NCBI GenBank assembly: GCA_965287045.1
Contig: OZ336870.1
Span: 84,382,001 to 84,446,000, forward strand
DNA length: 64,000 nt
From: Carcharhinus amblyrhynchos
Lineage: Eukaryota
Direction: 5' to 3'
Notes under the pieces: model-generated
Seen by the model: only the letters and a program-made list of their open reading frames with translations
What the model was told of the DNA's origin: nothing
Database searches by the model: none
Shown: positions 40,015-50,164 of the stretch, in pieces
Layout: the number at the start of each line of letters is the position of its first letter
Position numbering within the stretch: position 1 is the stretch's first letter
Translations under genes and position numbers: made by a program

Positions 40015-40794
40015 GGGCCTGATTTTTACTACTGTGTTGTGCCCATTTTCGGGTGCAGAAACTTGTAAAGTCAGGCGTGAGGCGATTAGTGCGATCCACA
40101 CCAGCCTCTGTGCCGGTTCCCCTTTACTAAGGCCCAAAAATGGCTGCAATAGGGACCGCGCCTGAAATGGGTGCGACGGCCATTTGCATGCATTTAAATT
40201 GACTTAATGGACTGCACCCCCAACCTTACCGGCACTTCCTCCTTTACCACTGCCTTCGTCCATCCAGATTCAATGCGAAACAGATATGCTCCACAGAAGT
40301 CTGATTCGGGTGCTCTAGTTAGTAAGGAGGTAAGTGCCAAGCGACCGACAGCTCTCTGCTTCAGATCAGTTGTGGTGGGGGTGGGGGCAAGGGAGGTCCA
40401 CTGCCTGAGATCTGTTGGGGGTGAGGGGAAGGGAGTCATGATTGGTCTTGGTGGCGGGTTTATGGGGGGATAAGGGGATCAATAATGTTGGGGGTGTGGG
40501 GCAATATATGTGGGGGCCAGGGGTAGGCATTATCCAACCCGGGAGGGATGTGGCAGGGGAATAGCATTGTATAATTCTTTTCTGTGCATGTGCAAATGGT
40601 GGCGCCAATCGGAGCTGCAGGCTTTCAGGTGCATTAAGCCCCATCCACAGGCTTTTGCAGCATGATACAGAATCGCTGATATTTCTGGGGGTGCCTGAGA
40701 ATGGGTCTAAAAGTCGGATCTGAAACACTCCCGGTTTCAAGTCCACTCATCACTGGACATTAATTCTTAGAATCAAAGTTGTAAAATAAGGCAC
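40015..40794. mobile_element. Non-autonomous TIR element (PIF/Harbinger-like)
   Basis: tta|gggcctgattttta ... gtaaaataaggcac|ttc; G-rich interior. Confidence 0.7.
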
Positions 40795-40831
40795 TTCTCC
40801 TAACTTAACTGACTTTCAGCATTTTTATTTA

Positions 40832-42800
40832 TCCATTTTTTATTCATTCAGATAATGTAAGCATTGCTGACCAGACCAGAATTAATGGCCTTAATGCTGT
40901 TGAGAAAGTTTGGGGGAGGGGGAATAGTCTTGAGCCACTGAAGTCCTGATGCTGCACATGGGTACACCTAGAGAGTTATTAGAGAGAAACTTCTGGGATT
41001 GTGAACCAGTAACAGTGAAGTAATGGCAAAATATTTCTAATCAGGATCAGAGTGGTGAGTAACTTGTAGGTGGTGGTTCATATAAGCATCTGCAGCCCTT
41101 GTTCTTCAAGATGGTGCAGAGCATAGGTTTGGAAAGTCTTACTGAAGAATTTTTGACAAGTTGCTGGGGTGCATCTTGCAGATGGTACACACTCCTGTCA
41201 CTGTGTACCATCTGCAAGATGCACCCCAGCAACTTGTCAAAAATTCTTCAGTAAGACTTTCCAAACCTATGCTCTGCACCATCTTGAAGAACAAGGGCTG
41301 CAGATGCTTATATGAACCACCACCTACAAGTTACTCACCACTCTGATCCTGATTAGAAATATTTTGCCATTACTTCACTGTTACTGGTTCACAATCCCAG
41401 AAGTTTCTCTCTAATAACTCTCTAGGTGTACCCATGTGCAGCATCAGGACTTCAGTGGCTCAAGACTATTCCCCCTCCCCCAAACTTTCTCAACAGCATT
41501 AAGGCCATTAATTCTGGTCTGGTCAGCAATGCTTACATTATCTGAATGAATAATGGCAGTGGAGGAAATGAATGGTTAAAGAGGTGAATGAGGTGCCAAT
41601 AAAGAGAACTGCTTTATCCTGGATGGTATCAAACTTCTTGAAATTTTTGAGGCGAGTGAAGAGTATTCCATCTGACTCCTGACTTGTGCCTTGTAGATGG
41701 TGGACCGGCTTGAAGGAGTCAGGCGTTGAGTTACTTATCATAGAATTGCCTGCCTCTTGTCTGCTCATGTGGACACTATGTTTATATGGCTAGTTCAGTA
41801 AAGTTTCTGGTCAATAGTAATGTCCAGGATGTTGAGGCTGGTGGATTCACTAATGATAATGTTGAATGTTAAAGGGAGATGGTTAGAATCTCTCTTATAG
41901 GAAATGGTTATTGTCTGGCGCTTGTGCGGCTTAACTGTTAATTGCCACCTAACACAAGCCAGAATGTTGTCCAGGTCTCCCTGCATATGGACGTAGGCTG
42001 CTTCATTATCTGAGGAGCTGCAAGTTGTGCTGAACATTGTGCAATTATCAGCAATCCTGCTTTTCATCCTATGATGGAGACAAGGTAATTTATAAAACCA
42101 TTGAAAATGGTTGGGCCCAGGCCACTGTTTGAGGAATTTCTACAATGAGTGCTGCAGACGAGAAGGTTCACATCCAGCATTCACTACCATCTTCTTTTGT
42201 GCTATGTATGATTTCAACATTACTCACACTTTCAATTCCCATTAACTTCAGTATCATTTGGGGTCCTTGATCTAAACTTGGTCAAATCCGACCTTGATGT
42301 CAAAGACAGTCTCACCTTATTTCTGGGATCTGCTGTTAAGTCCATGTTTGGACCAAAGCCATAATGAGCTCTGAAGCCGAGTAGCCCTGGTAGAACTAAA
42401 CTGGACATTGGTGAGCAGCTTATTGCATTGATAACATTGCCAATGACCCCTTACATCACTTTGCTGATGACTGTGAGTAAATTGATGGGATGGCATCTGG
42501 CTAGATTGGATTAGTCCTGACTTGTGTGGCCAGAACATGCAAAGATGATTTTTCATATTTTTTGGTAGGTGCCAGTGCTGCAGTTGTACTGGAACAGCTT
42601 GGCTAGGAACTAGCTAATACTAAAGCATAATTCTTCAGCACTACACCCAGGGTTTAAATGGAGCCGATAGCCCTTTTATGACCAGTTGTAGTTTAATATC
42701 ACATGCAGTGAATTGAATTAGTTGAAGGTTGGCATCTCTGATGTTGGGGATCTAAGGGGAGACTACAATGGATCATTCATTTGGCACTTCCAGCATTGTA
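40832..42800 (-). mobile_element. Second-family LINE (CR1/L2 group), 5'-truncated, containing the palindrome
   Basis: Minus strand ADNCTMF (ADD motif), QGDLDNILA, WQLTVKPHK, KFDTIQDKA, IHFLH; 3' tail tgaatgaataaaaa. Confidence 0.85.
40840..41553. repeat. Perfect inverted repeat: 352-bp arms (40840..41191 / 41202..41553), 10-nt spacer
   Basis: Arms are exact reverse complements as read by eye; spacer CTCCTGTCAC; mirrored ORFs 41047..41232(-) and 41161..41346(+). Confidence 0.97.
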
Positions 42801-42824
42801 TTTTGCACCATTGAAACTATTTGA

Positions 42825-43000
42825 CTGTTCCTTCACTGTCACTAGGTCATAAATCTGGAACTCCTTCCCTAACAGCTCTGTATGTATTTACATGTGGACT
42901 ACAGCATTTCAAGAAGCCAGATCACACTACCTTTTAAGGACAAATAGCGATGGCAAATAAAAACGCCAGTAATGGCCACATCCTGTGAATGAATAAAAAC
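42825..43000 (+). mobile_element. Second-family LINE 3' end
   Basis: ttccttcactgtcactaggtc...ggaactcc...cacatcctgtgaatgaataaaaa. Confidence 0.7.
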
Positions 43001-43735
43001 AACCTGATATCCTCCATCAGTCACAATGGAAATGTTTGTGGGTCATCCTCCTTCCATTAGGTTGTTTAATTGTTCACCATCATTAATGGTAGGGTTTGGC
43101 AGGACTGCAGAACTTTGATCTGATCTGTTGGTATGCTGTTTCTACAGTTTAGTATGTTTGTATTGTGTGTAGCCTCACCTGGTTTATACCTTATTTTTAG
43201 ATATGCCTAGTACTTTAGATATTCCCAACCTATGCCAATGCTCTGTGCACTGTCTTTACAGGAGAGAGAATTTGCACTCCATACTATCAAAGAGAAACTG
43301 CCTAGTTTGAAACTCTGAAATTCAATGATGAATGTTTGCATGTGTCAGCCATCTGTAAAAAGGAATACCTAACTGAAGTAATATTAGTTAAAACACAGAG
43401 TCAGCTCCTATCCTCTCACATGGTGCTATGGGATTTGTATTTGCCAATCAGGATCTGCACATAAGACTTGCTTTGTGTTCAGCTCTGGCTGCAAGGCATT
43501 TGCTGATTATGTTTACAATATAGTGCATTGCCACGGGACTGCAACTTATCATCGGGTAGTGTGCAACTTGAATAATGAGATGGAACACAGGAGTAGTGCC
43601 AGTCCTGTAGCACAAGAGAGAATGTAAATTTCCTATTCTTTGTTGAACATGCACAATGGCAGCTATCCAGTTCCTGATTTTCTGTCCTTCCTTCTCCAGT
43701 ACAGGTATGTTTAATAAACAACCTAACATCATATT

Positions 43736-43945
43736 GGGGGTGGATTTAGCTCAGTTGGTTAGACAATGGTAATGCCAAGATTGTGGGTTCAATTCCCACT
43801 CTGGCTGAGATTATACTTGAAGGCCTGCCTTCTCAGTATTGCATGAGATGTGGTGAACCTCAGGTTAAAATCACTATCAGTCACTTCTTCCCCTCAAAGG
43901 GGTGGGCAGCAAATGGCATTTGGGACTATGACGCTTTGCCTAACT
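43736..43945 (+). mobile_element. tRNA-headed SINE
   Basis: A box tagctcagttggttag, B box gggttcaattccc, non-tRNA body. Confidence 0.6.
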
Positions 43946-44014
43946 TTGTACCATTATCCTTTCTCACATGTTGCTTTGCTGAAGGAAAAATGTTCTGTTT
44001 CTATTTTAAAGATG

Positions 44015-44156
44015 AATTCAAGTACATGACTAGGATGGGAATAGAGGGATATTGTCCCCAGAAAGGTAGGGGGGTTTTATTTCAGGAAGGCAACATGATT
44101 GGTGCAGGCTTGGAGGGCTGAAGGGCCTATTCCTGTGCTGTAATTTTCTTTGTTCT
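44015..44156 (+). mobile_element. CR1 3' tail
   Basis: ggagggctgaagggcctattcctgtgctgtaattttctttgttct. Confidence 0.75.
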
Positions 44157-44869
44157 GTCCTCGATTGTATGGGTGTCATTAAGCTTTGGTGAATAGTGTA
44201 GCATTGGATTTTATTGCTCTGTGCTGCTGCTGCTGTGTAGTGGGATGATTGGCCTGCAGGAGTCCATGAACAGGGCAGTTATTTCAAAGGCATAGTAAGC
44301 CAAATGGTCTCCTTCTCTGCTGTTAACATTGTGAGTGTGAATGTTGTTTTCTCTGGGTGCTGAGTAATTGGTGGGTTAATATTACTTGACTACTCACAAG
44401 ACGGAAACCTGGGGCAGGAGATATTTCCTGAATGGACTTCCTTGTGTTTTCTTTCAGCTTATATAGCCATGAACATTACACTGGAGAAATAATCTCTCAC
44501 AGCCTTTGTTTATTTACTGGGTAAAGTGCTGGTCTGTTTTAAACAGTGATTGAGACTTGTTAGAACTACAATAGGAGATGATGGGGCTTTTGAAATGATT
44601 TACATTTTCTGTTGTTGACATATCTTATTTGTTAACTAAATGAACAGACAGGAACATACATATTCCTATTTGTGTACTAACAGCTAGGACCATTCTATCA
44701 GGACCAGAATACATTCGAAAGTCCACCTGAGTGACTCACCACATACTGTTCTGATGAAATTGAAGTTTTTGAACAAAGATACAGTATCCTGAGACCACAA
44801 CACGTAAGCCAAAGATATCTAAAATGTTTTTGATTTGGCCAGGATCAGGATTACCTATCATGTATTCTA

Positions 44870-45030
44870 TGAAATTAGATATTGCTCTTGGGGCTAAAGG
44901 GATCAAGGGACATAGTGGGGAAGGGGGATCAGGATATTGAATTTAATGATCAACCATGATCACAATGAATGGCAGAGCAGGCTTGAAGGGCTGAATGGCC
45001 TACTTCTGCTTCCAGTTTCTATGTTTTCAT
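44870..45030 (+). mobile_element. CR1 3' tail
   Basis: gaagggctgaatggcctacttctgcttccagtttctatg. Confidence 0.75.
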
Positions 45031-45726
45031 GTCTGCTTTTTATAAATTATTTCGACAATTCTTAGAATTGACTCACTGCATTTAAATATTATACTTCAAA
45101 AAAAATTACAGGGTTTGACCATGCTGGCAACATCATGTGCACTGTTGTTCATGGAAAAAAGTCAATCAACCATCTGTAAAAATTCAAATGCCTACAAATA
45201 AAAAGGAATCAAACCACTGGTTGTTCCAAAACCAAGTGCTCAAATACAAAAATTCAAACGTGCATACTAAATCCTGGCTGGCTGCTTGCTCCTCATTTAT
45301 CTTTGCCATTTAGCTGGTCTTCCTTCCTCTTCATCTCCTGCTGACTGCTGGTGCTCTTCACTTTAACAGGGTGTACTCTGCTCTCACTGTCATGTGCTAC
45401 CTCTGCCAACCATCCTAGCATGGTCAGCCACTAACTACTGCCTTCTGGTGGTCAAAGTGGTTACCAGCACTGTCTCCTGCAACATCACCACAATCACCTT
45501 TCAGCTTGCCTCTGCCATTTAATATGATCTTCTCCCCAGAGCCTCCAAAGGACTGGATAAAGGATTATTACATGTCCCAGAAGATTGGTGCCAACTGCAG
45601 AATAACCATTTACTCCCCTGTTTGTTTGAATCTATCAATAAGAAAATAGCCAGAAAATTCATCAAATTCAACAACAGTTTAAAAAAAACCTCATGCAAAA
45701 ACAATTTGCAACAAGAGAGAAACCTA

Positions 45727-46007
45727 ATCAGAGAATCCTACAGTGCAGGGGTCCTTTCAGCCTTTTGAGTCCGCACCAAACCTACCCCCGTTGTCCCATG
45801 CGTTTAACATAGCTAGTCACCTGCCACTAAAGGGCAATTTAGCGTGGCTGATCATCCTAACTCTTACATCTTTAGAATGTAGGAGGAAACCCATGCAGAC
45901 ACAGGGAGAATGAGCAAACTTCACACAGACGATGACCCAAACCAGGAATTGAATCTGGGCCCCTGATGCTGTGAGGCAGCAGTGCTAACCACTGTACCAC
46001 AGTGCCA
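45727..46007 (-). mobile_element. HE1-like V-SINE
   Basis: Reverse complement tail, core and head (gtgaggcagcagtgctaaccactgtaccacagtgcc). Confidence 0.85.
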
Positions 46008-46361
46008 TAATCAAGTTGTTGAGAATTGAATTAAGGGAATTTGGATACATCTGCACCAATTTATCTTTCATATCCTTCCTTTTTTTTTCTCTTCCAAATC
46101 TCTACCTACTTTCTCCAGAATTTTCCAAAGATTGCCTGCATCTACTGTCCTCCTGGCCTTAATTTAACCTTAGGGCAGGTTAAGCTGTTGAACACCAGCT
46201 ACAAAGATGAAGTCAGGCTATTTTAACTCTTGGGGTCTGATTTAAAACCTGCCTTCCAACTTTCCATGAAGTTCAATGGGAAGAAAAGCAAAAGCAGCAA
46301 AACAAATCTGAATTTGTTGGGCAACAACTGGCAGGATCAACTGCAGAGCCATTTAATTTCA

Positions 46362-46632
46362 TCTATTAGTGTCACAAGTAGGTTTATATTAACACTGATG
46401 CTGTGAAAATCCCTTTAGTCACCACATTCCGGCATCTGTTCAGGTACACTGAGGGAGAATTTAGCATGGCCAATGCACATAATCAATATGTCTTTTGGAT
46501 TGTGGGAGGAAACCCACGCAGACACAGGGAGAATGTGCAAACTCCACACAGACAATGACCCAAGCCCAGAATTGAACCAGGGTCCCTGGCACTATGAGAG
46601 AGTAGAGCTTAACTGCTATGCCACCATGCGCA
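46362..46632 (-). mobile_element. V-SINE with 'B' tail
   Basis: tattagtgtcacaagtagg tail plus V core plus head. Confidence 0.82.
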
Positions 46633-46889
46633 TTTCCTGGGGACCCCACAATTGGATGGTGGTGAGGGCGTTGGGGCAGATCTGAGACTGCGGCAATGGA
46701 GGTCTAAGTTACCTTTGTAGATTCTGGACAGTAACTCCTGATCGTTCTAGCCTCACAAGAAAAGTAAAGAAAAGCTTAAAAAATGCCCTAAATTTACAAT
46801 GTTGTGCCTCATCCAACCCTAATCCACTTCCCAGGTAGCCTATCTGCTTCCCGCTTAAGCTCTCTCGTCAAAATACACATGTTAGAAAG

Positions 46890-47725
46890 GATCAAGCTAT
46901 CCCAGGAGGTGAAGGTCTACATCCTAGGATTCTAAAATAGATAGCTGCCAATATAATGGATATACTGGTTATGGTTTTCCAGAATTCCCCAGATTCTGAA
47001 ATGGTCCCAACAGATTAGAAATGAGCAAATGCAACAATTCAAGAAAGAAAGGGGAGAGAAAATAAGGAATTACTGCCCAGCTAGCTGACATCAGTCATTG
47101 GGAAAATACTGAAATCTAATATTAATGAAGACTTGACAATGCACTTAGAAAATCATTAGCATGACAAAGTCAACATGGTTTTCCAAACGTATAATCATGT
47201 TTGACAAATGTATTAGAGTTTTTGAGGATGTAACTAATATGGTAGATAAAGGGGAGCCAGTAGATATAGTTTACTTGGAATCTGAAACAAAAACAGAGAA
47301 TTAGGAGGAATGGAGCATTTTCAAGTTGACAGCTTGTGTCTACTGGAGTGCTACAAGCAACACTACAAGTGCCTCAACAATTTATAAGGGGCAATAATGA
47401 CTTAGACAAAGAGACAGAGCATAGGCCAGATTCTGCCATCCCACTGTAGTGATTGAGATTTGGCTAAGTGCCAAATACTCTGCCCTCTCTGGCAGCAGGG
47501 GCTGGGTGTGAATGGCTGGAGATCACCAGCCTGTAAATCTACTGACAATTTAAAACTGCGAGAATGCAAGCCATGAGAAGGATATAGAGAGGCTTCAAAA
47601 AGAAGCAAGTGAAATGTGCAGGCAACAAGATGACAGATGAAATGGGGAATTACTTGTTAGGTCATTCACTTTGAAAGTAAGAACAGAAAAGCAGAATATT
47701 TTTAAAAATGCATAAAACTTGTATA
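46890..47725 (+). mobile_element. Old CR1 RT fragments with deletions (MITE inserted at 47424..47531)
   Basis: caacatggtttt (QHGF), gagtttttgaggatgtaact...gataaaggggagccagtagat. Confidence 0.7.
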
Positions 47726-47857
47726 TTTGGTATTCAGCCAAAAATGCTGAGTGAATGATCCACCTCAGTATCCTCCGGAGGTCCCCAGCATTATAGATGT
47801 TAGCCTTCAGCCAATTTGATTCGTTCCATGTGATTTCAAGAAACAGCTGAAGGCACT

Positions 47858-48068
47858 GGATGTAGAGATGCCGGTGTTGGATTGGGGTGGGCATAATAAG
47901 AAACCTCACAACATCAGGTTAAAGTACAACAGGTTTATTTGGAATCACAAGCTTTCAGGGTGCTGCTCCTTCATCAGATGAGTTCACCTGATGAAGGGGC
48001 AGTGCTCCGAAAGCTCGTGATTCGAAATAAACCTGTTGGACTTTAACCTGGTGCTGTGAGACTTTTCA
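47858..48068. mobile_element. Palindromic Penelope-derived short element (copy 3)
   Basis: gatgtagagatgccggtgttgg... leader, then inverted arms (caggttaaagtacaacaggtttattt / aaataaacctgttggactttaacctg) enclosing two opposed hammerhead-like cores. Confidence 0.7.
47984..48020 (+). ncRNA. Minimal type-I hammerhead ribozyme-like motif (Penelope-type)
   Basis: TCAC-CTGATGA-A-GGGGC-AGT-GCTCC-GAAA-GC-TC-GTGA: stem I TCAC/GTGA, core CUGAUGA plus extra A, stem II, GAAA, palindromic AGCT in place of stem III, UC cleavage site. Confidence 0.6.
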
Positions 48069-48924
48069 CTGAAGGCAATGGTCCCTGATAATGTTCCAAC
48101 AATAGTACTGAGGACTTGAGCTCCAGTACTTGCTGCCCCCTAACCAAGCTGTTCCAGTACACTTACAATATTGGCAACTCCTCTACAATGTGGAAAATTG
48201 CCCAGAAATGTCCTGTACACAAGAAACAGGACAAATGCAACCCGATTTAATTACCACCCCATCAGTCTACTCTCGATCAGCAGAAAAATGATGAAAGGAA
48301 TCATCAACAGTGCTATAAAGCAGTACTTAATCAATGATAACCTGCCCACTGACCCTTAGTTTGGGTTCCACCAGGGTCACTCAGCTTCTGGCCTCATTAT
48401 AGCCTTGGTTTAAACATGGTCAAAAGAGCTGAATTCCAGAGGTGAGGTGAAAGTAACAGCCCTTAACATCAAGGCAGCATTTGACCAAGTATGGCATTAA
48501 GGAGCCCCAGCAAATCTGGAGTCAATGGGAATTAGGGGGAAAAGTCTCCATTGGTTGGAGTCATACCTGGCATAAAGAAAAATGGTTGTGGTCATTGGAG
48601 ATCGATCATCTCAGTTCCAGGACATTGCTGCAGGACTTCTTCAGGGAGGTGTTCTAGGCCCAACTATCTTCAGCTGTTGATCTGTTGGAGGCCTCCGGAG
48701 GAAGTTGTGATGGATCACCCACTCAGTATTTCTGGCTGAATGTTTCTTCACTGGGTCAAAAACCTGGAATTTTCTCCCTAACAGCACACTTGGTGTCTCT
48801 ACACTTCAGGGACTGCTATGGTTCAAGAAGGCAGCTCCCCACCATCTTTTGAAGGACAACTAGGGATGGGCAATAAATGCTTGCGTAGCCAGTGATACCC
48901 ACATCCCATTTTTAAAAAATCAGA

Positions 48925-49625
48925 GAGTCTTTAGCTTATCGTAGAAGCAACACAATGTTAGCAAAGTACAGCAAGAATTAAGAAGGCAAATAGCCCTTTG
49001 GTGTTTTATTGCAAGGGGATTGGAATATAGGAATAAAGAAGTCCTGCTACAATTGTACACGGCTTTGGCAAGATCACATCTGGAATATCGTGTACAGTTT
49101 TGGTCTCCATATTTAAAGAAAGATATGTTTGCATTCAGATAGTATAACAAAGGGTCACTAGATTGGTTCCTGGGATGAGAGAGTTTTACTCAGGAGAGGA
49201 TAAATAAACCTAAATAGTCTACATTCTATTTTGTTTGCAAGAATGTGAAGTAATTTCACTGAAACATAAGAAGATTCTGAAGGGACCTGAAAGACTCAAA
49301 ACCGAGAAGTTGTTTCCCCAGGCTGGACTATCTAGAACACAGGGACACAGTCTCAAGATAGTGGGCCAATTATTTGGGACTGAGCTGAGGAGAAACTTCT
49401 TCACTAAAAGAGTTGAGAATCTTTGGAATTCACTACTCTAGATGATGGTGAAAGCGCCATAATTGAATATATAATTGAATTGAAAGCTGAGAAAACACAT
49501 TGTTAGTCTCTCGGGGATGTGGGGAGCTGGCAGAAAAGTGGAATTGAAGTCCAAGGTTAACCATGATTGTATTGAATAGTGGCAGATCTGGCTTGATCTC
49601 CTGATCCTATTTCTTATATTCTTTG
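48925..49625 (+). mobile_element. CR1 3' fragment
   Basis: RTQGHSLKI...RRNFFTKRVENLWNSL, tail ctcctgatcctatttcttatattctt. Confidence 0.85.
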
Positions 49626-49870
49626 GGGGGATTCCTAGCCACTGGTAGGTTTGAATAGATTAAAACATTTAGTCATCTTGTGGTGGCTTCAGGACAGATA
49701 AGAAGGCCTGAGTGATTTTAATTAACTAGCCATTCAGTCTTTGCTAGACAACCAGGGCTAAAACTACCCCTCCCTTTATCTAAACTGTCTGCTCATCTTC
49801 ACTCTTCTAAAGCTTGTATATCTGCCAGCACATCTTGCAAAGATGGAAACCATCTGAAAGTAAATACTTA

Positions 49871-50164
49871 GGGTGCGATTTTATGAAAAAGATTCTAAGT
49901 GCTGAATGAACGAGGAAACGGCAGAGAATCCCACCTTTTTTTTCCAGCAGACTATGAGTCACAACCTAACGGCATTTAGTGCAAAGAAGTGCCTGGATGC
50001 GATTTTTGCTGGGGGGGTGGGGAGCGTGGGGAGGTTGCATGGTGGTGGTGCTGCTGAACTCACCAGAGAAGCCAGCTGCTGAACTCTTGGGGTACCATTG
50101 TGTAGGCACCCCAGTCTCCCAGCGTACTGAAAATTAGGCAGGACAAGCTCGTAAGATCTCGCCC
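49871..50164. mobile_element. Short non-autonomous TIR element
   Basis: gggtgcgattttatg / cgtaagatctcgccc; subterminal ttctaagtgctgaat shared with 14073, 58101 and 61050 ends. Confidence 0.65.

Larger units (their letters stand above)
47731..48918 (+). mobile_element. Second-family LINE fragments (RT region + 3' end)
   Basis: NYHPISLLSI motif, aacatcaaggcagcatttgaccaagtatggcat (IKAAFDQVWH), 3' tail at 48750..48918. Confidence 0.8.

Noticed and set aside
41047-41346. Pair of near-identical 61-aa ORFs as duplicated genes
   Set aside because: By-product of the palindrome in LINE sequence
43736-43810. tRNA gene
   Set aside because: A and B boxes present but no proper cloverleaf or anticodon arm; it is a SINE head, as are the HE1 heads
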